A DNA stretch of 64,000 nucleotides from Ginglymostoma cirratum (lineage: Eukaryota), in assembly GCA_024137785.1 (NCBI GenBank), contig JAHRHZ010000139.1:39743411-39807410 (forward strand), written 5' to 3'. The notes under the pieces were generated by a model. That model had not been told where the DNA came from, did no database searches, and was given only the letters and a program-made list of their open reading frames with translations. Shown piece by piece: positions 39,161 through 50,310 of this stretch. Numbering within the stretch: position 1 is the stretch's first letter; every line of letters begins with the position of its first letter. A program made the position numbers and the translations under genes.

Positions 39161-40039
39161 TACTATCCTTCCTATATGTGTTTCTCAAACTATCTCCTGC
39201 AATTCTAAAATTAATGGACAATGTTTCCAAAATTAGGCTGGATGTTACACAGGAAGGTTTAAATAGTTTCCATTCACTTTATCTGAAGTGGTTGTATGAA
39301 GTACCACTGTGCAATTAGCTTTAATTCACATCTCCCTATTCTTGGTTGTTCAGTGACTTTTTCTTCATTTGTCAAGAGTTAAAGTTCTTCAAGAGTTAAA
39401 GTTCTGTTTCATTGAATGGAATTGCTTGGTGCAAATTATACAAGATTCTCTCTGTGGAGACATAATCAGAAATTCCTGATAGTGGCACCAAGGATAGAAT
39501 TAAACGCAAGGACAAAATTGTGAGAACTGCGATGTTGGGGAACGAGGAACCAAATAAAAGGTATACGAATGTTACTGGTCTTTTGTTGAATTTATCTACC
39601 CTCACAGTTTTAAGGAATTTATGTACCTCATCCCTATGTTTCTTTATTGTCCTTTGCCTACAAAGAAGGTGTTCAAATCTGATGTAAACTATTTATAATT
39701 TCCCACAACAAGCCTATCAAATTTTCCAATGAAGGCTATACAATAAATGAAAACAATCGATGCCATCTCAGCTGAAATTATTCTAGGGTCTCTGTAATAA
39801 AGAACCCAATTGTAAACACTGGGATAGAATAATGACATTCAAATGCTGTTCTTAAAATTCTTGTTGCAATTTTCACCCACATTCTAACCTCTGATCACCT
39901 GCAGTGCAGGATGAATGTATGAATGTATGTGTCAGGAGCAGGAGTAGGCCCTTTGCCCTTCGAGTCTACCTCACCATTTAATAAGATTACGGTCTATCTC
40001 ACCTCTGCATTCCCACTTAATCCTGATACCCTAGGTTTT

Positions 40040-40500
40040 TTTTAAATCAACCTGTTCAGAGAATGAAATAACTGCACAGAGGCCGGTATCCGTCACCAAG
40101 TCACCTTTTATTTACTTGGGCACAATACACTGGCTGTTCCCAGCCAGCGTAGTCAGTCCCCAGGACTGAGGAGATTTTAAATCTCCTGTTTATATTGGTC
40201 AGCCAGGGCTTCCTGATTATCCCAGGTTAACAACCCCAATTAAGGATATTGTAGTCAACAAGATCCACCTGGTTCCAATCACTACAAAGATGTTACGACG
40301 TATACTTGGGACAGGCAGGATTTGAACTTAAGCCTTCTAACCCAAGGTAGGGACAATATCACTGTGTCACCAGAGCCCCTTTTAAAACACTACATCAACC
40401 AACCTGTTCAGGCATGTTTTGACATACCTCTGGGGCAGTTGGGTCGTGAAGCCAGGCCATCTGGTCCAGAGTTAGAGACATTACTAATGCATCTCAAGAC
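40040..40500 (-). mobile_element. Two short (~120 bp) tRNA-derived SINEs in tandem, the first split by a solo LTR
   Basis: aacctgttcagaga[LTR]tgttacgac..tttgaac..cactgtgtcaccagagccc; second copy at 40395-40500. Same family as 43496, 44884, 46135, 61227 and 61598. Confidence 0.7.
40064..40286 (-). mobile_element. Short solo LTR
   Basis: Minus strand TGTAGTGATTGG...aatataaac (TATA)...aaataaa (polyA)...gttatttCA, inserted in a SINE. Confidence 0.7.
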
Positions 40501-40749
40501 CCAACTAAACATTACTAGGTTTCTGGATTACTAAACCAGTAACACTACCACTATGCCATCATTGCTTAACCTCATGGCTAGATGTTTCATTGGCTTCCCA
40601 TTTTTCACAGTTTGGATGCAGTGCTGGAGAATGCTTCCAAGTTAACACTGGCTCATGTTTTATCCTGCATTTTCATTCAAGCATCCAGATACTGAAAAAA
40701 GAACCAACTGAAAATGTTCGAAACATACAAAGGGAATGAATGTTACACT

Positions 40750-41690
40750 TGTCAGCTGTAGCTCAGTGATAGCACTTGCACCCCTGATTCATGTGTTCAA
40801 GTGCTATTCTAGAGACTCAAGCACAGAAGCTTACATATAGTTTATTTTTCCATTGGAGGTAGTTTTGAGAAGTTGACTGAGAAGATTCTTGGGTTAAAGA
40901 TGCTGTTTTATAAGGAAAAATTGAGCCCACATTTTTTGAAGTTTAGAATAATGGAGGATGATCCAATTTAAACACTTAAGATCTTGGTTGGGAGAGGGTG
41001 TAGGGGGTGGGATTCTGACCCAGTAAATGCTGAGATGTCTGCTGTCATGGGGAATCTAGAATTGGGGAGCACAGTTTACAAACAAAGGGTTTGCATTTAA
41101 GATGAAGATGAGGAGGAATACCTTCACATAGGTGATAGTTAACATTTTGAAATTCTCGTTAGGTCATTGATTGAGTTGAGTCAATGCTGAGTTATATTTT
41201 TGTTCTTTAGGTGAATCAGGGATTATGGGATGGAGGTACAGGTAGGAAGGTAAAGTTACTTACAATCTGCCATGATCTTATTGAATGAGGGAGCAGGCTT
41301 GTTGGACCAACTGGCCTACTCATGCTCCTGGTTCTAATAATCTCATGGTTTTATTGAGGGTGTGCTGCACTGTTGGTGAATTCCACTTTTCAAATGAAAT
41401 GTAAAACTAACAGCCCATTTGCCTTCCCAGGTAAACATAAAAGATCCATGTCACCATTATGAAGAAGCTTAGAGGATTCCTTCCTTGTTAAGTATTTACT
41501 CCTCAACCGGCACCTAAAACACATTCTCCAGTCATTATTATGATGGGAATTTGCTGTGTATAAATTAGCTGCTGCAATTTCATCAATTTAACAACGGATA
41601 CGCTTTCAAAATGTACTTAATTTGCTATAAAGCACATTGGGAAGTCCTGAGGTTGTGACAGGCACTACATAAATGCTGGTTCTTCTTTTA
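40750..41690 (+). mobile_element. Deu-domain SINE (SacSINE1-like) split by a decayed CR1 3' fragment (~40845-41350)
   Basis: tRNA head tgtagctcagtgatagcac at 40757; Deu core and L2-type tail (taaaagatcc..., ttgctgtgtataaattagctgc, taaagcac..gtcctgaggttgtga..ataaatgc) resume at 41355. Confidence 0.75.
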
Positions 41691-42505
41691 ATCATTACCC
41701 CTTCTAATATACAATCAAAGTTGTTAATAATGACTCCAGAAGTTGGGAAGTTGCAATGCTCAACACAGGCTATTCTCCAAAATATGTTGGGGGGTCGGGT
41801 GGTGGGGAAGAGAGCTGGCAGAAAAGTAAGGGATCTGTGAAACAGAAATAGCAGTCCTGAAAAGGTGGGGCCAATTTTGATGGCTTACTCATCTCATGGC
41901 GACATTGATTTTGAAGGGACTGTCTTCTTTGGGTGGAAAAGCAATGGGAGAGATCAGAGGCACGAACCATTTTGTTTTGGTGTTTGGAGATGCTCGCTGA
42001 TTGAGAAGAAAATAAAGCACGATAACTGGTCTGCAGACCATACCTGGTTGCAATAGGTGACAAAAAGAAGGGACGGGGTGCAGACACTCATCCATCAGGG
42101 AAAAGTGGGTGCATGCTCTCAGGGGGAGCATTATGCAGTAAAACGCTGGTTAGGCCATTCTATGTTGAGTAGTAGCAGAACTTATCCCACCCATTGGTAC
42201 TTCACCATTGCATCCTGGGCCTAATGATCTCCTAAGATCCCAGGTTGATTGGGCTAATGAAGAGTCCAGTGGGAAACTGAGTACTTCATTACATGATGCC
42301 CACTAAAAAGGCTGAGCTACTATTGTACTCCCACGTTATGGTATCTTTAGAACCAGCCCATCTCAGGGAGTCACTTTGCTGCATGAAAGACACCTGATGA
42401 ATGAAGCAGTTTCTAAAGAGCCAAGACCCAGCAACAACAGTTCACAGACTTTAAGAGAACTCTTCTCTCCCTGAGGTATTTCTGTTTCCAAGTACCTTGT
42501 CCTTC

Positions 42506-43259
42506 TTACAGTACCAGTTCTGGCCTCTCTGCCAGCTTTAGAGCTTCATGCATGCCCGCAGCAGAAAGTTTACGATTGATATTCCTGTACCTGCACCTCA
42601 ACAGATTGTGATAGGTTGTCCGCAAGTCTCTGTTGAATAATGCATAAATGAATGGGTTCAGTAGAGAATTTGTGTAGCCGAACCACATGATCGTTCTCTC
42701 CAACCAAAGGGGTATACAGCTGCATTTGGTGCCACAGATAAAAGGCCTTGCAGTGGACAGTATGAAAAATGGCAGCCAGCACACAGTGAATGCCCCGACC
42801 ACGATGCCTAGGGTCGTTGCAGCTTTCTGCTCCCTTTTGAAGATTGACATGTTCTTCCTGTCGTTTTTCAGAAGTCGAGCAAAGTGGGCGCATTCCTCGG
42901 ATTCTTTGCGTGGTTTCCCTCCTATTTTTGCGGCTTCACTCATGCGTTTGTCACCTGGCCGAGGGAATCCTGCAAATGTATGTTTAGCAGCGCTCTTCTT
43001 GGCAGTCTTGAAAATCTGATGGTACATAAGCAGCATGACTGACATTGGGATATAGAATGCCACTGCTGTAGAGTAAATGGTATAACCAAAGTCTTGGCTG
43101 ATCAGGCAGACCTTGCCATCATTGATATTCTTGGCCCAGCCAAACAGAGGTGGCAGTGTGATGGATGCAGCCAGGAGCCACACACACAGGATCATTTTAG
43201 CCATGCCTTTCCCATTCTGTCTGACAGGATATGTCAATGGTCTGGTTATTCCTAAGTAC
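42506..43259 (-). CDS. HTR7: 5-hydroxytryptamine receptor 7, coding exon 2 (DRY-motif Arg through TM4-TM7 and C-tail)
   Basis: Translation (R)YLGITRPLTYPVRQNG...CLISQDFGYTIYSTAVAFYIP...KREQKAATTLG...CWLPFF...NPFIY...RNINRKLSAAGMHEALKLAERPELVL* closely matches vertebrate HTR7. Acceptor ttttctgttgcag|G TAC at 43260/43259 splits the DRY Arg codon as in mammalian HTR7. The track's MIALNSHQLPFLFCC extension is intronic. Confidence 0.96.
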
Positions 43260-43495
43260 CTGCAACAGAAAAGAAATGGTAATTGGTGACTGTTCAGTGC
43301 AATCATTCCTATTCCACTGAGAGTTAAGAAAAATGTCTATCAGTAGGACTGCCACCACAAAACAAAAGGATCTTTGCAGGCCACTCTTAATTCCACGTAC
43401 ACAATTGAGTCTACAACAACTTGCATTGATATAGTGCCTTTAGCGTAATAAAAGGCTCCAAGATGTTTCACATTCTATCAAATAGAATCTGCCAC

Positions 43496-43612
43496 TGGGG
43501 GTGCTCTTGTGGCACAGTTATAGCATCTCTACCTCTGAGTCAGGAGGCCTGGGTTCAGTCCCACCTATTCCAGCGGTGTGTAATAACATCTCTGAACAAG
43601 TTGTTGAGAAAA
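43496..43612 (+). mobile_element. Short tRNA-derived SINE
   Basis: tgtggcacagttatagc..cctctgagtcaggaggcctgggttcagtcccacc..taataacatctctgaaca. Confidence 0.75.
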
Positions 43613-43685
43613 TAGCTGAAGAGGCACAGACCATTTCCTACTTATAGTTACTTATGACATTGTGCACCATTTACTATACAATTAC

Positions 43686-44710
43686 AGTCATATAGTCATA
43701 GAGATGTACAGCATGGGAACAGACCCTTCGGTCCAACTCATCCATGCCATCCAGATATCCTAGATAAATCTAGTCCCATTTTCCAGCATTTGGCCCAACT
43801 CCCTCTGAATCCTTCCTATCCACATACCCATCCAGATGCCTTTTAAATGTTGTAATTGTACCAGCCTCCACCACTTCCTCTGGCAGAGGAACATGCACCA
43901 CCCTTTGCGTGAAAAAGTTGCCCCATAGCTCTCTTTTAAATGTTATCCCTCTCACCTTTAACCTATGCCCTCTAGTTTTGGACTCCCCAACCCCGTGGAA
44001 AAGACCTTGTCTACTTACCCTATCCATGCCCCTCATGATTTTAGAAGCCTGTATGAGGTCACCCCTCAGCCTCTGACGGTCCAGAGAAAATAGCCTCAGC
44101 TTATTCAATATCCTTGTCAATCTTTTCTGAACTCTTTCACATTTCACAACATCCTTCCGATAGTAGGGAGACCTGAATTGCACACAGTATTTCAAAAGTG
44201 GCCTAACCAATGTGCTGTACAGCCACAACATGACCTCCCACCTCTTACACTCAACACACTGACCAATAACGGAAAGCATACCAAACACCTTCCTCACTAT
44301 CCAGTCTAACTGCGACTCCACTTTCAAGGAACTATGAACCTGCACTCCAAGGTCTCTTTGTTCAGCAACACTCCCCAGGACCTGACCATTAAGTGTATAA
44401 GCCCTGCCCTGATCTGCTTTTCCAAAATGCAGCACCTCACATTTATCTAAATTAAACTCCATCTGACACTTGTCAACCCATGGGCCCATCTGATCAAGAT
44501 CCCATTGTGCTCTGAGGTAACCATCTTCACTGTCCACCACACCTCCAATTTTGGTGTCATCTGCAAACTTATCAACCGTACCTCATATGTTCACATCCAA
44601 GTCATTTATCTAAGTGATGCAAAGTGGTGGACCCAACACGGATCCTTGTGGCACACGACTGGTCACAGGCCTCCAGTCTGAAAAGCATTCCTCCACCACC
44701 ACGCTCTGTT
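43686..44710 (-). mobile_element. 5'-truncated CR1 LINE
   Basis: ORF 43770-44540 is the RT C-terminus; (ctatga)n tail. Confidence 0.95.
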
Positions 44711-44884
44711 GATAACTCTCTTGATACTTCTACCAGTTGCAAAGAAATACCAGTTTCATGTGAATGCCAAGAGGCTGGATGACAAACACTCACTGGGATA
44801 AAATCCATACGGTGCAGATAGGATTAAAATTAAATGTAAATGTATCATTTCATAAAAGAAAAATAAATAAAACCTGCCACTGAG

Positions 44885-45474
44885 GGCAGTTGTGGCACAG
44901 TGGTGGTGCCCCTACCTCTCAGCCAGGAGATCCAGGTTCAAGCTTCACCTGCTCAAGAGATGTGTACAAGATAATGCATGGCTTAGAAAGGGTGGACGCT
45001 AGGAAGTTGTTTCCGTTAGGTGGGGATACTAGGACCCGTGGGCACAGCCTTAGAATTAGAGGGGGTCAATTTAGAATGGAAATGAGGAGACATTTCTTCA
45101 GCCAGAGAGTGGTGGGCCTGTGGAATTCACTGCCACGGAGCGCAGTGGAGGCCAGGACATTGAATGTCTTCAAGGCAGAGATTGATAAATTCTTGATCTC
45201 GCAAGGAATCAAGGGCTACGGGGAGAGTGTGGGTAAGTGGAGTTGAAATGCCCATCAGCCATGATTAAATGGCGGAGTGGACTCAATGGGCCGAATGGCC
45301 TTACTTCCACTCCTATGTCTTATGCTCTTATGCTCTTATTTGTGAACAGATCAGTTAGAAACTATCACAGTAGTAATGTCCTACCTCTGAGCCAGGACGC
45401 CAGGGTTCAAGTTCCACCTGCTCCAAATGTGTGTAATAATATCTTTGAATGGGTTGATTAGAAAGTAAAGGAAG
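44885..45474 (+). mobile_element. Composite insert: short SINE + nested CR1 3' end (44962-45337) + second SINE, flanked by a 15-bp direct repeat
   Basis: AAACCTGCCACTGAG at 44870-44884 and 45475-45489; the CR1 portion encodes VYKIMHGLERVD..FFSQRVVGLWNSLP. Confidence 0.85.
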
Positions 45475-45763
45475 AAACCTGCCACTGAGCAGATTTTGCC
45501 TTTCATATGGGTAAAGAGGTAGGTTTGAAAGAAAGTGGAAAAAAACTTGATTAGGTGGGAGCTTTAAGGAGGAAGTTGCAGAGCTTAAGCCTAGCATTAA
45601 CCCTAACCCTATCGCAGTTATGGGTAATTACAACTGGAAATTTTTAAGAGGATTAGAGAATTACAGAAGTAACAGAGGGTAGTGGAGTTGAAGGAGATAA
45701 AAGAGAAAGGGAATGGGTGAAACCATGCAGGGATTTGAAAATAAGGATGTGATTTTTTTATTT

Positions 45764-46122
45764 GGGGGCATCATGGTGACTCAGTGGTTAGCACTGCTGC
45801 CTCACAGTACCAGGGATCCAGGTTCGATTCCACCCTCAGGCAACAGTCTGTGTGGAGTTTGCACATTCTCTCCGTGTCTGTGTAGGTTTCTTCCGGGTGC
45901 TCCAGTTTCCTCCCGCAGTCCAAAGGTGTGCAAGTTAGGTGGATTGGCCATGCTAAATTGCCCACAGTGCTAGGGATGCACAGGCTAGTTGGGTTAACCA
46001 TGGGAAATGTAGTGTTACGGGGATAGGGTAGGAGGGTGTGTCTGGGTGGGATGCTGTTCAGAAGATCAGTGTGGACTCAATAGGCCAAATGGCCTGCTTC
46101 CACACTGTAGGGATCCTATGAT
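45764..46122 (+). mobile_element. HE1-like V-SINE, near full length
   Basis: A/B boxes (tgactcagtggtt, ggttcgattcc), V-domain and CR1-type tail. Confidence 0.92.
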
Positions 46123-46129
46123 TATTTAA

Positions 46130-46250
46130 TCTATTTTTCCGATTGACCTATTCAGAGATGTTATTACACACCTCTGGAGCAGTTGGGACTTGAACACTGG
46201 CCTCTGGGTCCAGGAGTAGGGCCACTACCACTGTCTCACAAGAGGGCCCC
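46130..46250 (-). mobile_element. Short tRNA-derived SINE
   Basis: Reverse complement of the 43496 family. Confidence 0.75.
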
Positions 46251-47329
46251 TAAAACATTCATCTGAGGTTCATAATTACTAGTCTAGGGATATTGCCACT
46301 ACACACATAAAATTAAAACTTTTCCAGACCAGGAACCAAAGCTAGTCATGGTGATTAACTGTACTTGGTGCGCGTCAGAATGTGGGTACAAGACTAATGG
46401 ATAAGCTCAAACTTACGTCGGGGAAAAAATGGGAGGTCAACCGAGAGAGCTTTAGTATACTCCAGTCTACAGGTAACAAAGACATGGATAAAACATTAGC
46501 AGTAAATGAGCCAAGGCAGGAGTGGTGTTGGGCAATGTTTTGAAAGTGCAAGATGAATATGTGTTTGGAAACCCACCTTGCAGTCAAATATAACACTAAG
46601 ATTGCGAATTGTTTGCTTTAGCCTCAGAGGGCTGTCAGTGAGAGAGATACATTGATGCCTAGAGAAAAGAGTTTGCGGTGAAGATGGAAGCTCCAATATT
46701 TAGCTAGAGGAAATTTCTGTTCATTGGATATTGAATGTCAGAGAAGCTGTTTGGTGGGGACAGATGGGGGATCGAAGGAGTTGGTGGTGATGTACAGCTG
46801 AATGTCATCAGTGAACAAAATGCTGGGTTTTCAGGTGATGCTGTTATGAGGCAACTTGTAGATGAGAAAGAGGAGGAAGCCAGGGATGGACCCTACAGTT
46901 AATGGGGCAGGAATGAAACCACTGCAGGGGAGCTCTTCTGGCAAAGACTAGATAGATATGAGGATAGATATAGATATGAACCTGGACAATAGGGAAGGAT
47001 GACATGGTTATGTAGGGCATATAGACCTAGAAGGATGAGAATGAATAGCTTACCACTGTCCCAGTCTCACAGGATGTCTTTTGCAATGTTAACAAAAGCA
47101 GTTTGGTATTGTGACGGGGGCTGAAACTTGACTGGAAGCATTCAAATAAGGAATTACAGGGAATTTGTGCCTTGGTGTGAGAGATGACAGCACATTCAAG
47201 GACCTTGGAGAGAGAGAGGTTGGATGGCACTTGCAAGGACAAGGGGATCAAAGGTGCAATTTTGAGGAAAGCAATGATGATGGCAGATTCGAAGGAGCGG
47301 GAGGCAGTACCTGAGGAGGAAGCCATTAA

Positions 47330-47420
47330 TTGTTCTGATAAAAGATCATTGAACAGAAACCTTAACTCTACAGCTGCTACCAGACCTGCTGAGTACTTTC
47401 AGCTTTTTCTCTTTTTCTGA
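47330..47420 (+). mobile_element. Old PLE mini-element with degenerate hammerhead and 7-bp TSD
   Basis: gttCTGATAAaagatcattgaacaGAAACcttaactct..ctgctaccagacctgctgag; CCATTAA at 47323 and 47421. Confidence 0.65.
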
Positions 47421-47571
47421 CCATTAACAAGATCAGTGAATGTAAGGACTGGAAAGAGAGGTTGAGTGGGCAGCAGTTTTATGCAGTACTTTCCAAACAT
47501 TTACCCACTAGTACCTCACGTCGAAGTTTGAAGATTGTCATGAAGCCTCAGTGGGAATGGAGACAGTTGGG

Positions 47572-47902
47572 TAGAGGGACTGTGACAGTGGAGGGGAGGG
47601 GCTGTGAGTGGAGGAGAGGGGCTGTGAGTGTGGAGGGGAGGAGCTGTGAGAGTGGAGGGGAGGGGAGGGGCTATGAGAGTAGAGGGGAGGGGCTTAGAGC
47701 ATGGAGGGGAGGGGCTGTGAGGGTGGAGTGAGGGGAGGGGCTGAGAGAGTGGAGTGAGGGGAGGGGCTGTGAGAGTGGATGGGAGTAGCTATGACAGTGG
47801 AGGGGAGGGGTTATGAGTATGGAGGAGACGGGCTGTGAGAGTGGAGGAGGGGGGCTGTAACAGTGGAGGGGCTGTGATAATGGAGGGGCTATGAGAGCTG
47901 TG
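47572..47902 (+). repeat. G-rich minisatellite, ~22-bp unit GTGGAGGGGAGGGGCTGTGAGA
   Basis: Roughly 14-15 degenerate tandem copies visible directly. Confidence 0.9.
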
Positions 47903-47989
47903 ACCTGTTAGGACAGGAGCGCAGCTCTTATAACTCAGTCAGATCTCCATGGTGGTTGTGCTGCTTCAGCAACAGAGGTTTGACCACAG

Positions 47990-48210
47990 CTAAAGTACTG
48001 TGTACAGTTCTGAGCACTGCATTGTCAGAAGGCTGTGAACACAATGGAAAGAGTGCAGGAGAGATTTACAACAATGGCTCCAGGAATGAGACACTACGTT
48101 AAATAAAACCTGCAGAAGTCCAGACGGTTTTCTTTGGAGAGAAGAAGGCTAAAGGGAGATTTGATAGAAGCTATAAAAATTATGAAGGGTCTGGAGAGGA
48201 TGATAGGCAA
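47990..48210 (+). mobile_element. Decayed CR1 fragment
   Basis: YCVQF, ERRRLKGDLIEAIKIMKG. Confidence 0.75.
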
Positions 48211-48217
48211 TTTATTA

Positions 48218-48462
48218 GGGATGGGGGAGGGGGGTTCAGTGGGGGAAGGGAAGGGTTGGTTCTGTGGGAGAGGGGAAGGGGTTTTCAGTGGGGTGGGGAA
48301 ATGTTGGTTCACTGCAGAAGGGGACGGGTTGGTTCAGTGGGGGAGGGGGATGGGAAGGGGTGTGAGTGGGGGAGGAGAGGGTGGTCACTGTGGGGAGCCA
48401 GAGGAGAAGGGGGGGCCAGTGGAAGAGGGGAGGGGAGTTCAGTTGGGGAGGGGAATTCAGGG
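48218..48462 (+). repeat. G-rich degenerate tandem repeat (GGTTCAGTGGGGGAGGGG-like)
   Basis: Repeated ggttcagtggg/ggtcactgtggg units. Confidence 0.75.
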
Positions 48463-49984
48463 AAGCAGTAAAGGATACTTAGTAACTTGTTTAGCTTTTT
48501 GTTGGAAGTGAGGGTGGCTGGGACAGGGTGGGTGGGGAATGCTTAAGAAGAGAATTTCTAGTGGGGTATATCTTGAATTCGAATAGAATCTGGAAATAGT
48601 GAGCATTTTGGCAGAGTCAAGCAGGAACTATTTGTAGTTTCTGTGATCCAGCTAGATCTGGCAATGATTAACTGAAATAATTGTTCGTCATGTCCATCCA
48701 AGTCTGTGTACCTTCAGCTTAAGGAATCAGAGTCAGTGGCTGTACCCTGATGTCAGCTCAGGTGTGAGAGAAACTAATGGTTTAATAGGGACTGGGGCAT
48801 TAAAAATAGACATGAGGGTGTAATTGAGCAGGTCTAGAGATATAAAAATGCCATAATATACGAAAGTTCAAAAGCTGGACAGCCTGAGGTATGTTTTGTC
48901 TGAGGGGAGGGGATGTGTGTGTGTAGAGGGATACAAGCAAGTGATCAGAGATGCACTTATCTGTGACTGATATGAGGGAGTAGTGAAACCACAAGCAATG
49001 GCAAGGCACAGGGGTGGACTGTGAATATGTGGAAGGAAATCTATATAAAGAAAGAAATTGACAGAGAATAGGAAAACAGTCACCTCATAGGAAATAGCTC
49101 TTAATGAATTGAGATAGAGAGCAAGAGCCAGTCTACATTTCCAATAATAATACCACAAATGAATCAAATTTAGACAGTGAATGCAGGTAGATTGTCTTCG
49201 AAAATGAGATTTAAAATTGCAGTGAAGGTTAAACATTGAATCATGAGCCAGTTTAAAGTATAATAGAAAGGTAATGGATGAATGTAATCAGATGGGTTCA
49301 AAAGCAACCAGTTTATCAAATATTCTAGACGTAAGTGCGGTCAATGTGAGTATCAAGTGACTTATTCAATGTTGATTTCTTGAAGAAGGAATGGTTGTGA
49401 TCCAATACCATGGCAATCTAGTCGATTAAGTGCTCTTTATCAGGAACCAACACCACATTTTTCTAATTGGCTTTTAAACAAACAATGCATTTCTAGAAAT
49501 CTTATTCCTTCTTCAGACATAAAACCTTGAAATTTCAAGTGAAGCAGATTAGTAAATCCATCCAACTCTTCATTACAATTGATCATTCTTCTCAATTAAA
49601 TATTGTTGTGAATTGAGTCAAGGCTTTTTCTTTTCAATACATAATTGGTCTCTGTGAGAAATCTAGGTTATTGCTAGTGACTGAATAAGTTTAGAGCCGG
49701 AAAGTGCTCTGTGACAAATAATCGTTTGAAAGTCAAGTTGCATGTTGCTCTCAGCATTACAGAAGCCTTTATAATTGTTTCATCACCCTATTTGTAAAAT
49801 GTAACAATGGACAGTTTCAGATTCCAGCTGGCAATTCTTTGGTCATAAAAGCAGATTGGAAATCTGCACTGCTGGATAGAATTGGTGTTTTCTGAAGGAT
49901 AATGCGTGTGTAAAAACACTTGTTGTATTCTAATGGTCATGTGTGTTTTATGCACAGTAAGTAAGACATCACTCATCGATTTTT

Positions 49985-50310
49985 TTAAATTCATTCATAG
50001 GATGAGGCAGGATTTATTGCCCAGAGGGCAGTTAAGAGTCAACCACATTGCTGTGGGTCTGGAGTTACATGTAGGCCAGACCAGGTAAGGATGGCAGTTT
50101 CCTTCCCTAAAGGACATTAGTGAACCAGATGAGTTTTTCCCATCAATTGGCAAAGGATTCACAGTCATCATTAGACTGTTAATTCCAGATATTTATTGAA
50201 TTCAAATTCCACCATCTGCCGTGGTGGGATTCGAACCCAGATCCCCAGAACATTATCTGGGTCTCTGGATTAACAGTCCAGCGATAATACTACTAGGCTG
50301 TTGCCTCCCC
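49985..50310 (-). mobile_element. tRNA-derived SINE (~330 bp)
   Basis: Head ggggaggcaacagcctagtagtattatcgc..gggttcgaatccc on the minus strand; closely similar to 57095-57417. Confidence 0.88.

Larger units (their letters stand above)
43415..49030 (-). mobile_element. Ancient L2 LINE fragmented by nested insertions in HTR7 intron 1
   Basis: L2 tail at 43415-43472, FTDDIQLY at ~46815, SKVLECAV..FQSSFSPRHNT at 47205-47105 and ISDHLLVSL at ~48950 are collinear on the minus strand. Confidence 0.75.

Noticed and set aside
43260-43306. N-terminal extension MIALNSHQLPFLFCC of the HTR7 ORF
   Set aside because: Intronic polypyrimidine tract upstream of the acceptor; TM1-TM3 are encoded by exon 1 outside the window.
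47572-47902. CRISPR-like array
   Set aside because: No unique spacers; eukaryotic minisatellite.
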